A stretch of 64,000 nucleotides of DNA. Origin: Camelus dromedarius (Eukaryota). Where the stretch lies: NCBI RefSeq assembly GCF_036321535.1, contig NC_087436.1, forward strand, positions 36,272,001-36,336,000, written 5' to 3'. A program made the translations under genes and the position numbers. Positions 1 through 13,969 of the stretch are shown here, one piece after another (within the stretch, counting starts at the first letter, position 1; every line of letters starts with the position of its first letter). The notes beneath the pieces were generated by a model that saw nothing but the letters and a program-made list of their open reading frames with translations, ran no database searches and was not told the DNA's origin.

Positions 1-125
1 AAGAGGCTATCTTTCCCCATCTTCTATTCTTGCCTCCTTTGTCATAGATTAATTGCCCATATAAATGTGGGTTCATTTTTGGGCTCTTTATTCTGTTCCA
101 TTGATTTTTGTGTCTGTTTTTGTGA
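1..125 (-). mobile_element. L1 ORF2-region fragment, truncated by the window edge
   Basis: Typical antisense L1 text: ttgcctcctttgtcatagattaattg...ttattctgttccattgat. Confidence 0.75.
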
Positions 126-1779
126 ATGGCTATTCTTTCAAATAATAGAATTAGCTCCGAATTGGTGGGGAAATTTTTCCTTGATTCCTTGCTCTATTTA
201 GGAGAGGATGATTTCCTTCCTTCTGGCCAAGAGTTTGACAGTTCTTTGTTTTTCCCTTTAGCTGTGGGCAAAACAGCTGTCTTCCTTCTCTTTGTTAGAC
301 TGCATCAAACTCGATGCGTGCATCAAGGCAAGGGTGTATCAGACTCAGTGGAGAGGACCCTGGAGCTCTGGTCCCTTCCCCCTGCAGGAGATCCTGGGGA
401 AATAGTGTCTTTGCTAGTAAGATTATCAATCCTGACCAATCTGGGCTCATCACTTTCACCCAGTCCACAAAACAGGGGAGCAAAGTGAAATTTTAGTGGC
501 CCAACTTAGGTCAAAAACGAGCTGTTGTGCTAGAGAGATTTCCTTATTGGACTTCCTAGCCTCCCCAATCCCTATCCTACCAAACGATTTGACAGTTTCA
601 ATTTCTTATCTATCCTTTAATAAAATTTACTTCAATCTTTGCTGAAGCTTTCAGTTATTGCATTCTAAGTGTTCTTGGCAAGAAGTGGAAGTTTATTATG
701 ATCCAAACAGTACAAATTTAATCAGTTAAATATTAGTTAATCAGGAAAAGAAAATTTCCCCATCCAATACTAGGCCTGCTTATCTATTAGGTAATTTGAT
801 TGCAAATGTCTTAAAAGTAACAGATGAATTTAGCACGTTTTGTTCCAAAATGATATGAGGTCAACTATTAGGATCCCACTCTTATTTTATTGACTTTTAT
901 TTATATCCAATGTATTCCATTATTATCCATAATAATAGTAAAATAATAATAAAAATGGAAAACACATACAGCAAGCACTACGTGCCAAGCACTTCTAAGG
1001 ATTTAATGTGTATCAAAGCACGACACATAATGGCTAAATATCTCACTTAAAGCCTGGCAGACAGTGGCTATACTATGCATAAGGCTCTGTGTTCCAGCAG
1101 AGATGCTTTTCAAATCTGCATCAGAGCTTCTTACTGGACATAATGAAAAAATGATCAATTACACCACAGTAACTATAAGATAAAAATAAGCCAATTTATC
1201 AGAAGTATGGAAAATTCTTGTTTCTGTGAGCCAAGAGAAAATTCTTCCATGGTTATTCAAAAAAATGGAATGTGTAGATCACACCAATGTCAACCCTAAC
1301 TAACAATTAGGTCCATAAACTTTTTTCCTTATAACTTTCTGCAGTGTAGGCTGAGAGCTTAACACCCAAGCTTAAGTTAAGAAAAAGCAATTTTGTAAGA
1401 GGCCAATATACAATGCCGTACGTAGAAACTTTTCTGTAAACTGTCTTGCTCAAGGTATAAAATTTAGCCTATTTTGAGAGATGGTTAATCCATTAGGAAG
1501 TCCTCTACAAATATGATTTTCCAAACTGAGATTTTGTAATCATGAGGTGTCACAGAATTCACAGGTATACTCTGTTAGGTAACTAACAGGCAGACATCCC
1601 ATATAACTATTTGAGGATAGAATCATACGCTTCAACAGTCAGCCAGCCAAGGGACTTTTTTTTTTAAATCATATTGACAAAGTATGAGAAGCCTAACTGG
1701 GGTACATGCTTCTTTAAGGAGGTAGGATTACGGAGTGTCTGCCAACACATCAAGGTTCTACAGTTACTTTTATGGTAAG

Positions 1780-2205
1780 TTGTATTATTGGCTTTAACTC
1801 TTCATCCCATATTGTAACTTAGAGCTTACTCTGTGACTTAGTAGTTCCTTCTACTAAAGGTGTAGTTGGCTATTCCATTGGCTTGGGCAGAAGTGATAGG
1901 AGGCCAACTCTGAACCTAGACCTTAAGAGATCCCGCATATTTTTCTTGTTCTCTTGCAACTATGCTACCACCATGAGATGGACTTAATTTGCGTAGTTGC
2001 TGCCCTTTTAGTCTGAGACTTGGAATAAACATGCACTGAGAAGAGCTGTTCTAACCCATGGGTAGACTTGCAGCATGAGGCAGAGCCAGGTGCTGCAGGC
2101 AGAGCCAGAACGGCCCTAGCCACTTCACAGAGCCATGAGCACATAAATGCTTTTGTTAAATACCACTGGGATGTTTTTGCAGTTACACAGCAACAGCTGG
2201 CTATT
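1780..2205 (+). mobile_element. MaLR (MLT1-type) LTR
   Basis: Ends ...ataaatgcttttgttaaataccactgggatgtttttgcagttacacagcaacagctg, an MLT1-like 3' end. Confidence 0.6.
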
Positions 2206-2959
2206 GCAATAGTACTAGGTCAGTTTCCAACATATGAACAAACAGAAAATGGAGTTCTAAATTTTTACTTCATAGAATGTGGCAATGATAATTTTAGCTT
2301 GGAAAAATTTTAAGGCAAATGTATCAAGCACCCACTTTAACCATAAAAACATACTAAGAAAGTACTAATAGAATGTCTATCTGTCATTAAACAATGCAAA
2401 TTCTTGGTAAAGCCTTAAATAATAGTAGCAATTTTTTTATAAGTAAAGGTAAGCCAGTTATTACACTAGGCACAGTATATTAATTATCTCATTTTACTTT
2501 CATCAGTTATGCAGGATAGATGGTAGAAATGTAAACTCTTGTCAGCGAATGTTAGCCCACCAATGATTACTTAAAAGAATTAATTTGAAAATTCTCTTTA
2601 AATAACAAAATCTTTGGCTGGTGTTCTCCATTCTATTGTTAACCAAAGATGCTTGGAATCAAACTGGCATAACTCTGAGGTTTGGAAACCACGCTTGTCA
2701 GGTCAGTTTGCCTAGCAAAATAAGACTTAGTACCTCTACTTCCTCTTGCAAATATTTTCTGGGCCTATGATAATTTTTAATAGATTCCTTAATTTTCTAT
2801 CCTCCTAGCTTGTTAGTGTTACAGTGATTTTATTGCAGTGACCAGACGTGAAGATGTTTAGTCAGTTCACATTCTTACTTACGCAAATGAAAAGTCATCA
2901 TATCTTGTTTGGATTTCAATGAAACTATTCACTTGAAGGCACTTAGTCTAGACTTTCTG

Positions 2960-3390
2960 CATTGTTGAAACTCTCTTTTTGTAATGCATCCTAGAGGAGT
3001 CTATTCCCCACCCCTTGAATCTGTGCTGTTCTCATCACTTTCTTTGACCAAAAGAATGTGGTAGAAGTGAAGCTGTGTGACTTTCAAGCTAGATCTTAAG
3101 CTTCTGCCTTGGTCCTCTGAGAACACTGCCCTGAGACTGACACACAGGCAGCCAGTCTAGCTTACTGTGGATGAGAGGCTACCAGAAAACCAAGTAACCC
3201 TACCGATGGCCAGCACCAACTACCAGATACATGCCTGAGGCCCTCTTCTAGCCCTTCTAGCCCAGCTGACCTCCAGCTGTGTGCCCAGACAAAGCCAGTA
3301 GAGAAGCACTGAACCAATGCACAGAACCAAGAGAAATAGTAAACGGTTGTTGGTTTAAGCCACTAAGTTTTGGAGCGGTTTATGACAAAG
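2960..3390 (+). mobile_element. MaLR (MLT1-type) LTR
   Basis: gagtctattccccaccccttgaatctg...gtttaagccactaagttttggag. Confidence 0.65.
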
Positions 3391-3604
3391 CTCATACTTT
3401 TTCTTCTTATTCCTGGTAGCATAGTGGAAAATATTACATAATTTGGAAAAAGGTAGTGAAGTAAGGAGAATAGGCAATCAATAAGTTCTATGAAGATGGA
3501 TCACATAGCTTTACTTAACAAACAGAAGGGGGCAAATGAAGAAAGCATCATTGCAGATTAGAAGAGATGAGTGACTTTGCAGATTGGGGAGGTAAGCAGC
3601 GAGT

Positions 3605-4133
3605 TGTAGGCGGATGGCTCTGCCATGGTACCCTGGTGACCGTGCACATATCCAGATGGGGCCAGGTTTGGACTGCAGCCTGTCCCAAGTCTGGCGGGTC
3701 CTCCTAGCAACATTGCCGGAACATGAGAGCATGGAGGTTTGCAGGAGCTGCTACCAGGACACTTCTCACCCGCTTCCCCGCCTGTCAGGGAGACTGATGT
3801 GAGACAGGTTCTCATTGCCTTTCAGGGTCTGAAGAGGTCAGCCTCGCTCCCATGAGGCAAAGTGCAAGCTATAACACCTCTGGTTGCAATCTATAACTCC
3901 CTGCTTGGCAAGAGTACACTGCAGCTTGCTTTGCAATCTCCTGGCTCTTTTGTTTCAGTGTCATTGTTTTTGGTCTGTGGAACAAGGACCACGAGCAACT
4001 GGCATTTTGGCTCATCTTCTTTTGGTTGTTGATGTAAGTAATAAACCATCTAAAGCTAAAAAGGGCTCATTTTGTCTTTACTGGTCAAATGTGGTAGGTC
4101 TCGGCTGTGGCCTTGCCTGCTGTGTGCTTGGCA
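3605..4133 (+). mobile_element. ERVL-class solo LTR (LTR40/LTR53-like)
   Basis: TG...CA ends; 3' part gatgtaagtaataaacc...ggctcattttgtctttact...ggccttgcctgctgtgtgcttggca. Confidence 0.55.
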
Positions 4134-4379
4134 CAGGTCAGCAGTGAAATCAAAAGAACTTGTCACAAAGAATTTAAAAAAAATTTCAAAACTGTGTTTC
4201 TGTAGTTGAGGTGAGATAAAGAGTTGATACATTTTCTTAAGTATGAGTAAGTAGATTACATTTTCCCTCTTTCATCTCCTTCAAAATGTACAGGACATAA
4301 TACGACAGCTATAGTAGAGGAAAATAAAAATAGTAACGACAAAATTAAATAGGAATTGTTTTACCAGTTTAGGTTTAGG

Positions 4380-5520
4380 TGATTTCTTGATTGATTTATA
4401 TGAGTTCTTTATGTAGTAAAGACTATTTTGTCATATTTGTTGAATATCAGTTTTCCCAATTCATTTACTTTGGGGGCTTTCTGATATCCAGGTTTCTACA
4501 TTTTTATACAGCCAAATTCGTAAATTTTTTCATTCAGCACCTCCTTTCATCTTTTCTAATTTAAAAAGTTCTTCCCACTGCAAAGTCTTGATAAATATCT
4601 CCTTTTATTTTCTATGACAAAAAAATTAATTCTTCAGTTCTTCCAAGAATTTGTTTCAATAGACAGTACAAGGTCAGACTCAACATTTTTTTCCTAACTA
4701 GCTAATGAATGTTCTCAGCATCATTTATTTTGTAAACCTTAACTTCTCCAATGAATCTTTGTTAAGTTTTAAAATTATTATCAAATTTACATGCAGTACA
4801 ATTCATTCTTTTACTGTACAGTTTGACAAATGCCTAAAATTATGTAATCATGCTTCGTCATCCAAAAAAAAAAAGTTTCCTTGTGCTACCCATTGGTGGT
4901 CAAACTCTCCCTCCACTTCTTAACAACAGCTTTAATGAGATATAATTTACATACCATGCAACTCACCACATAAAGTAAGTAACTCAGTGGTTTATACTAC
5001 ACTTAAAAGAGTTGTGTAATAATCACTACAATTAATTAATTATCTTGAGTTTTTAGTATTTTTTGGTACAAATATGTGATTTACAAATCATTTTTCCAAG
5101 TCTGTGACTTGTTTTCATTCTCTTAACAAAGCTTTCAGAACAAAAGCTTTTAAGTGTGAAAGTCCAATTTATTAGTTTTTAAAGTTGGTGTCATATTTAA
5201 GAATTCTTAGCATAACCCAAGGACACAAAGATTTCTATGTTTTCTTCCAAAGGTTTTATAGTTTTATGTTCTACATTTAGGTCTATTATCCATTTTAAGT
5301 TAATTTCTATATAAGATGTGAAGTATAGATCAAGGTTCATTTTTTTGGAATATGAATATCACATTTCTGTTGATCTTAAATGCCTTATCATATTAGAGTT
5401 TTGTAATATAATAGGGTCTATTGCTAAGCCATTTTTCTTCACCATTGATCTGTCTGATAATTTATCTATTTGATAATCTAATTCCAGTATCATATTGTTT
5501 TAATTACTGTAAATTTAGAA
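4380..5520 (-). mobile_element. Old L1 fragments
   Basis: T-rich antisense L1 text (aagtccaatttatt...ttatagttttatg...tttaggtcta). Confidence 0.6.
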
Positions 5521-8263
5521 ATTTAATATATACATATATATATCATAAGGTAAATCTCTGCTTCCCACCCTATCCCAAGTTTCATCTTCAGTAATGAACA
5601 CATGGAAACATTTCAATTATTTGTCATCCAAGCCCCTAACCAACCTTTACAAGTTCATTTGTACCATCAGTAAATGTATCTCAATAAATGAAAAACCTAT
5701 GCTTTGAAAAGATAGCCAGGGATGGCACAGATGAAAAGGTACAGCAAATATGTGAAACATTAACTCATATGTCAGTGAAAATGTAGACAGGTACTTGGTG
5801 TAAATTGTTTCAAGTGGTTGAAATATTTAAGACAAAATTCATGAGTTCTCTTTTTTTGGGTCATTGTTAACTCTCCACAAAGGAAAAAAAAGTCAGAAAA
5901 ATAAATCAGTAATAATGGGAATTTAATTTCTCAACTATGTAAATATTTTTCCATATAAACAAAATTTAGGTGAAACATATTTTCTCTACAAAAGAACTTG
6001 ATTCTCAGAAGTGCATAAATACACTTTCGATATTAAAGTCTTTGGGGAAACACATAGAATTTAGGGAAACTTACAGTGAAAATTCCTACTCCAAAAGTGT
6101 TTATACAAATTAGCTTGTTTTCTTCTTTCATTCTTCTCACTATCTGAATATGAATAGAGTCCTTAAAAGATAAACCAGTGGGCATTAGAAGGAGTAAGAA
6201 GAAAAGCAAAGAACTGATTTTAAATAAAATAACAGAGGTTCTGAGTAACCAAAAAGTACCTGTGAACACATCCTGAGTTCAAAACCTCAGCAAGGATTCT
6301 GCCCACTCTGGGCACACAGAGTGCTCCTCAGCCCCAAGCAAATAGCAAACTAAACGAGCCCGTTTTCACAAGAGGCTATTAGAGCATGTGGAATGTTAGC
6401 ATGAAAGTGGTCTAGCCAAACTCATTTCTACGTGACACAGACATCTTCATTCTTCCACAGTTGGAGTTTTAAGTGTGTGCAGGCCAATATGAGGACAGGG
6501 TAGTCATCCATGAATGAAAACAGAACAATTTAACTGACGTCCATTCACTGAGTGCCAACCACAAGCCAGGCGTTACCATTATCCCATGCGTCACCTTTAG
6601 TCCAGCTTTCTCTACTTTAATCCATTTCTCTGCTTAAAATTATTCCAAGGCTGCCCAGTACTTCAGAAACGAAACATAAATGCCTGTACCTGGGGCATAC
6701 AGCACCCCCGGGTTCCTCTCTGCCAGTCTTCCTTCCTATCTTAGATCCCCAGCCCCAGACAGACTTGCTGGCTCCCAAAGCTACCCTGACTTTGATGCCT
6801 TTGCATGTGCTGCTGCCTCTTTCTATCCCTGCCCTTCCCATCTCCAAGAGAGTAAATGTTCCTTCCTTACAGATCCATAGCATCATCTGCATGTGACTAT
6901 GGCAGCACTGATTTCCTGTGTAATTACTTCCTCCCTCATCTTTGTGATTCTAGGGCTTAGCACAGAATAACACTCAAAAAAATGTACAGGGAATGAATAG
7001 TGAACATGAAGATACATGTTGGAATAGTGTGAGCTGAGGCAGTGGAAATATTTGTTATAGTGAAGATGAGAATAATTCTTCAAAGAAAGAATGTACTTTA
7101 AAAAATGGCATAGATTGTAATTTTTTAAAAGCCAATGATATAGATGACTATGAATGCAAACTCTCCCATGCATGGTTCACAGGAGTCCAGAGACTGGTTC
7201 TTATTTGTGAGGGTAAAAGCAAGGTGTGGACTTGTGAATAAAGGGAGCAAGGTTCACAGGGCTTTGTATCAGGCTATGAGAGGGGAAAGCCAGAGGACTA
7301 AAGTAAGCTTCAATATTCATGATTCGTCTAAGGCCTTAGTGCTCTAGTTGTTCCCCGATACAGGCTTAGAAAGAAGTGCTTAACATGGCTCTAAAATTTT
7401 ATCCTGGTTAAAACAGGGCTAAAGCTTCTGGGACCATAATGACGCACAGGACTTTGTTTGGAAGAGTGAAATGAGACTGGTGTGCTATGAGTCAATGGGA
7501 ATCTAGGAATGACTTAAGGGGACAAGGAAGGAGGAGGGGGAAAAGGAAGAACCCCAACATTATGGGAATAATATTGGACTTGGAGTTATAAGATCTGAAG
7601 TAAAATGTGCTTATCCTTTTTCAAAAGTAGCATAGGCTAGTCATAACTTCTCCATGCTTGCTTCCACATCTGAAAGGAGTTAGCAAAGTGCCTCTGAGGC
7701 TTTCCAGTTATTATGGTGGACTGGACCAATAATGGTGATCTACTTGTTCCACAAAGTTTTCAAACAGCCTTGAATATAAGAAAGGGAACTATCCAAACAG
7801 TGAAATAAAGATAAAAAAGGAAGCTAAGATGTAGAGAGGGAGTGAGAGCTAAAAACACTCACAAGGGCATTAGAACAAGATGTACAACTAAAGGACTGGG
7901 GATTTCTAATAACAGGAGGAAGAAGTTATGTATGGCCCCACGCATGTTAGGTGCTGGACGGAGGTTCCTTCGTAAACCGAGGGGTCTGAAAGGCTCAGAA
8001 ATGATCTTTCAGCCATAAAATGGGGCCCAGAAACCCCAGACATCTATTCAGGGATAAGTATGGAAGAAAGCCAATTGCATATTAAGGATATTTGCTTGTT
8101 TGTCAAAGGATTATGTATCAGTCAAATTTTATTAACTTAAATTTGCACATTAAAAGTTAAGAGTAACCACTCAAAAGAATAGAAATAATATGTTAACCTT
8201 CCTCTTGTCTAGTAGATAATAGACAATAAAGAATAGCAGTAACAGTAAAGAAGAAAGCAAGAA

Positions 8264-9921
8264 TACTGTTAAAATGACCATACTACCCAAGGCAATCTAT
8301 AGATTCAGTGCAACCCCTATCAAATTACTGAGAGCATTTTTCACAGAACTGGAACAAAAAATTTTAAAATTTGTATGGAAACATAAAAGACCTCAAACAG
8401 CCAAAAAGTCTTAAGAAAGAGGAAGAGAACTGGAGAAATTACTCTCTCTGACTTCAGACTATACTACAAAGCTATAGTAATGTTGTGGTACTGGCATAAA
8501 AACAGATACACAGATCAATAGAACAGAATAGAGAGCCCAAAAGTAAATGCACATTTATGGTCAATTAGCCTATGATAAAAGAGTTAAGAATATACAATGG
8601 AGAAAAGCAGTCTCTTCAATAAGTGGTGCTTGGAAAACTGGACAGCTACATTCCAAAGAATAAAATTAGAATATGATATACAAAAATAAATTCAAAATGA
8701 ATTAAAGACCTGAATGTAAGACTGAACACTATAAAACTCCTGGAGGAAAATATAGGCAGAACACTCTTTGCATAAATTGTCAAAGATCTGTCTCCTAAAG
8801 CAAAGGAAATAAAAGACAAAATAAACAAATAGGACCTAATTAAACTTAAAAGCTTTTTCACAGCAAATGAAACCATCAACAAAACAAAAAGATGACCTAC
8901 TGAATGGGAGAAAACGTTTGCAAATGATATGACCAGTAAGGGATTAATATCAAAAAAATATATAAACAGCTTATCCAACTCAACATCAAAAAAAACAAAC
9001 AACCCCATTGAAAAATGGGCAGTAGAACTGAATAATCATTTTTCCAAATAAAACATACAGATGGCCAACAGACACATGAAAAGACACTCAACATCATTAC
9101 TCATCAGAGAAATGCAAATCAAAATCACAATGAGGTATCACCTCACACCTGTCAGGATGGCTATCATCAAAAAGACCACAAATAACAAATGTTGGCAAGG
9201 ATGTAAACCCGTTTACACTGTTGGTGAGAATGCAAATTGGAGCAACCACTATGGAAAACAGTATGGAGGTTTCTCAAAAAACTAACAATAGAACTACCAT
9301 ATGATCCAGCAATTCCACTCTTGGATATTCACCCCAAAAAACCCCAAAACAGTAATTCCAAAAGATACACACACCCCAATGTTCATAGCAACATTATTTA
9401 CAATCACTGAGATATGGAAGCAACCTAAGTGTCCACCGACAGATGAATGGATAAAGATGTGGTATATATATCTAGTGGAATACTACTCAGCCATAAGAAT
9501 GAAATTTTGCCCTTTGCAACAACATGGATGGATGTGGAGGGTATTATGCTAAGTGAAATAACTCAGACAGAGAAAGGCAAATAGTATATAATAATCACTT
9601 GAATGTAGAGTCTAAAAAATAAAACTAACTAGTGAAAATAACAAAAAAGAAGCAGATACACCAATATAGAGAAAAAAACTAGTGGTTACAAGTGGGAAGA
9701 GGGGAAGGAGGAGGGTCAAGATAGGAGTAGGGGATTAAGAGGAACAAACTACTATGTATAAAATAAAGAAGCTACAAGGATGTATAGTACAACACAGGGA
9801 ATAGAGCCAATATTTTATAATAAATGTAAATGGAATATAACCTTTAGAAATTGTGACTCACTATGTTGTCTACCTGAAATTTACATAATATTGTACATCA
9901 ATTGTACCTCAATAAAAAAAA
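8264..9921 (+). mobile_element. 5'-truncated L1 (ORF2 3' part, 3'UTR, poly-A)
   Basis: ORF2 relic [47 protein letters not shown] tail; TSD-like AGAAGAAAGCAAGAA (8249-8263) / AGAAGAAAACAAGAA (9929-9943). Confidence 0.9.
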
Positions 9922-10814
9922 GGAGGGGAGAAGAAAACAAGAAGTAAAGAAAATGCATGGTGAATAAACACAGAAAAGATAGTGAATGTAAGTTCAAATA
10001 TATTACTGATCACAATAATAGTAAATATATTGAACTTCTTAGTATTATTAATGACAATATACTAATACTCTGCTCATGAAGTTGTAAGATTTAAATGAAA
10101 TTAAGTTCTATGTAAATTTTTATTGTAGTTACAACACAAAATGTTGTTCTTTCTCAATCCAAGTTTGGGTTTTATCAATGAGCTTTAAGATTAACTGCAA
10201 AACAATTTCCAAAGCATTTAGAAAGCTCAGTACTCAGCTTTGCATAACTGCCTCTCATGTAACGATTTCTTCTTTTCTCAGCAGACCAAGAATGGCAGCC
10301 TCCTGACAAAATGAAGCACCCATGTCATTGAAGGTTTTTGGCCTTGTTAACTACTCACCATCTGTTTAGTGTTACTGGACTTAAGTTGGAAAAGAAGAAG
10401 GAAAAAGACAAATTTGGCTTCCAATTTACTTTGTCCTTTGTTCCACCTCTTTAAGAGTTCCACTTCAATCTGTTTTACAATGTAAACATCATGTTAAAAA
10501 TACAAAGCAAAACTATGAGTCCAACAAAATTTCCACAGTCATTAAATAACATTTGGGGTGATAATACTATAAAAAAAAATTTTGATAACGCTTTTGAAAT
10601 ACAGCGTTTTAGAGCCTAAGAGGACGAGAGAAACTGTCTATCCCAGGGAGTTTCTGGTGCTGTTCTAAAGAGCCACAGGACCCTGCAGGGCTTTGGGGGA
10701 ACAACAGGGAGTTTGAGGGGAGACTTTGAGCAGGAGAGGGCCCAGGGGCCTTCCCATAGCTTCTCCAATCTGTTCGGGCTTCAACTGGGCTTCTGTTGTA
10801 AGAGTTCACTTGAA

Positions 10815-11020
10815 AAGAAAATGTAGAATAGATAAACAAGATTGTACTGTGTAGCACAGGGAAATATATACAGGATCTTGTGGTGGCTCACAGCAAAAGA
10901 GAATGTGATAATGAATGTATGTATGTTCATGTATAACTGAAAAATTGTGCTCTACACTGGAATTTGACACAACATTATAAAATGACTATAACTCAATTTA
11001 AAAAAAGGTTAAAAAAAAAA
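10815..11020 (+). mobile_element. Short, young-looking L1 3' end
   Basis: tactgtgtagcacagggaaatatatac...gacacaacattataaaatgactataactc followed by an A-tail. Confidence 0.7.
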
Positions 11021-11559
11021 GAGCGCCATATTCTTTGCTCAACAGATGATGAAACTGAGGTTCAGAGAAGGTAAGTAACTTGCTCACTGTTGACAAATCA
11101 AATGAAAAACCAGGGACTAGAAATCAGCCTTCTTCTCTAATACTGTCTCTGCATTAGAGACATGATTTTGTTCTTTCTCCTAACAAAGGAAACTCAGGCA
11201 CTGTATTATGTGTTGGGACTAAAAATATAAATTGTAGTCTCAGCCTTCAGGGGCCTTTGAGTCTATGGGATCAGCCAGGAAAAAGTTTTAGAGGGATGGA
11301 GCCTTCAAGAATTTTTAACACAGTCCAAAGAACCAGGAAGATAAGAACAAAATAACCAAAGGAGATTTTTAAAAAAGGAAACAGGCTCATACTTTTAGTG
11401 CAGGTGAAATTTCACCTTTATTGATAACTGCCGTTAAGTGACTTTACATTCCTACCAACAGCATAATATAGATCGTTGAAGAAATTTACATCTCCATAGA
11501 ACTTTAAGAAGAAAATAAATAATTTCTGCTTATCTGGACTAGACTAATGGGCTCCAGAC

Positions 11560-12140
11560 TGTTCTAATCCCATGTTTGGGGGTCCCCAGGACCACAGTCA
11601 CTTCTGACAACAACTGCAAGTTCAGGTAGTCCCCACGACCTCTCTCAGGTTTGATGATTCACTAGAAGAACTTGTAGATCTCACTGAAAGCTGTTATACT
11701 CACAGTTATGAGTTATTACAGAGAAAGGGTACAAATTAAAAAGAGCTAAGGGAAGAGGCATATAGGGCAGAGTCTAGGAGGGAACCATGGATAGAACTTC
11801 CAATTGTCCTCTCCTGGTAGAGTCAAAAACGGCACTAACTTCTGACGATGGGTGACATTACACTGGAGTACTGCCAACTAGGAAGCTCACCTGAGCCTTG
11901 GTGTCCAGTTTTACTGGGGCTTGGCCATGCCTTTAGCGTCCAGACCCTTTGGAGGTCAAGCGGATACTACTTGACTGAAAGTCCTTACCATAAGTCACAT
12001 TGTTAAACTATCCAGTGTAGCCTGAGGTCCCCAGGTAAACACAGACACTCTTATCAGACAGGACATTCCAAAGGCTCAGAGATCATCTCCTGGGAGCTGA
12101 GGGAAAAGGCCAGGCCTCTCTTTAGATGAGGAGAATTCTT
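11560..12140 (-). mobile_element. MER21-like LTR
   Basis: cacttctgacaacaactgcaagttcagg...tcactgaaagctgttatactcacagttatg. Confidence 0.65.
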
Positions 12141-13844
12141 TACCTTTCTAAATTTATAAATTATACACAAGTTCTATAGGTAAGTACATAATGAGCATTA
12201 TGAAATACATAAAAGTTGAATTTGTTAAGGGAATACATAAAAATTAAATACTAGATCTGGAATAGGGAAGCCTAAGTCTCATCCCACTCTGCCATGATGA
12301 ACATCTCTGTGCCTCAGTTATCTTGTCAGTAAAATGGGAACAATCAACATGGTGTTCAATATCTGTCAGCTGTTATTATCCAATGGGTATCTAAAAAAGG
12401 AAATAGAATATGAGAATGTGAATGGATGGATCTTTTCTTGGAGTAGTTACATTTGGAAAATTCAGTAAGGTGGAGGAAAAACAATATATGAAAAACCAAC
12501 AGTAACAAAGAAGAATGTTTTGCTCTGAGGAAGTTCAAGTTGTGCTAATATATATAATAATGTATTAAATGGTGCTGAAATAGTTAGCTTGAACATCTGG
12601 TACCAAAAAGGAGCTAAATGATTAACAAAAAGTTTTAAAGAAATTAAACAGGAGGAAAAAAAAAGCCACAATGGTTCAGTGTGCCCACATGTTAAAATAT
12701 TGAAAAGAAGACACAAATTAAATTTTAAAAAATTGTGGAAGAAAACAGAATTGTGGAAGAAAAATGGCTTTATTGGCAACTAACTATATGGATTTCTCTG
12801 GGCCTCAGTTTCTTTATCTATCAATGAAGAGATCAGAGGAGGAAAGAATCTGTATAATTCCTTCCAGCTAGAAAGTTATCTATGGCTACCACAGGGATTT
12901 GGTCCTCAATAAAGGGAAATATTTATATGTATATATATATATTTAAATAGATGTTTTATATATATCTGGTTAGTAGCTAAGAAACAAGATGTACTCTTCT
13001 TTCCGTGATTTTATTTTCCTTAAGTGAAAACAAATAACAGCATTAATAAAGAGTTGACATAGGATTTGTCAATCAATGAAGAAACAATCAGAAAAATTAA
13101 GGGTTAGGAAAAAATTCTCATTATCTCTGAATCTGGCTAATATTATGAGTGTTTACAATATGGTGATGTCCTCAGGGAGATTAGACCAACTAAGAACAAA
13201 GCAAATTTAAAATGATGTTTGTTTTCTTGTAAAATAAATAAAGCGTTAGATGTAGGAAGATGAAGGCACAGTCTACAAGTAGCTAATGGAATAAGGAGTT
13301 CTGGAAATTTTTGAGCAGATTTCAAAGGAAGTAGATTGCATGTAAACAGAGCTTATGAAATCCAGTGGCAATGCTAAACTGACTCAATTCTAAAGATGTA
13401 ACCCTGGAGCCAGGCGAGTCAGTGTTGAACCATACGGTTTTAGCCCATAAACATTATTGCAAAAAGAAGTGAACATTTTCCAGAACCTCACAATACTGTA
13501 GTCATTTCTGGAAACTAAAAGTCTTAGAAGTATGAGTAGCACTAAAGAAATACAAAAAGAGGTATAAAACTCTGGAGGATATGAAAAAAGAATGTGGAAA
13601 ACAACCAAATTCATAGAGCCTGGAAAAGCAATAAGCAAAATAGAAAGGAAGGAGAGTCTAGGCTTGTCAGCATACCAATAGCAATTAAAAAAAAATTATT
13701 TGCCACAATACAAATGGAAGAAAATTAAACTGAACGTGGGGAAATTCAGTTTGATAACTGGTGAAACAGATTACAAGGTTTGCTGTAACTAAAAATGTAT
13801 CCTGTTATAGGAGTTCAAATTTCCCAGAATAAAAAGTAAACATA

Positions 13845-13969
13845 GCGGGGTAAGTTATAGCACAAGTGGTAGCATGCATGCTTAGCACACAGGAGGTCCT
13901 GGGTTCAATCCCCAGTACCTCTGTTAAAATAAATAAATAAACAAACCTAATTAACTCCCCCCCTCCACC
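13845..13969 (+). mobile_element. tRNA-Ala-derived SINE (camelid type)
   Basis: A box tagcacaagtgg, B box ggttcaatccc, (AAAT)n-CCTAATT-C-rich tail; TSD AAAAGTAAACATA (13832-13844) / AAAAGTAAATATA (13970-13982). Confidence 0.8.

Noticed and set aside
126..488. 120-aa plus-strand ORF
   Set aside because: Starts at an L1 junction and has no recognisable motif.
5700..5785. Frame ending ...THMSVKM*, echoing CETN4 AIMSVKM
   Set aside because: Only five residues, different Ser codon class, no EF-hand context; coincidence.
8646..9552. Several 66-120 aa ORFs
   Set aside because: Broken L1 ORF2 pieces and their antisense frames.
13845..13925. Possible tRNA-Ala gene
   Set aside because: Stems are degenerate and it has a SINE tail with TSDs.
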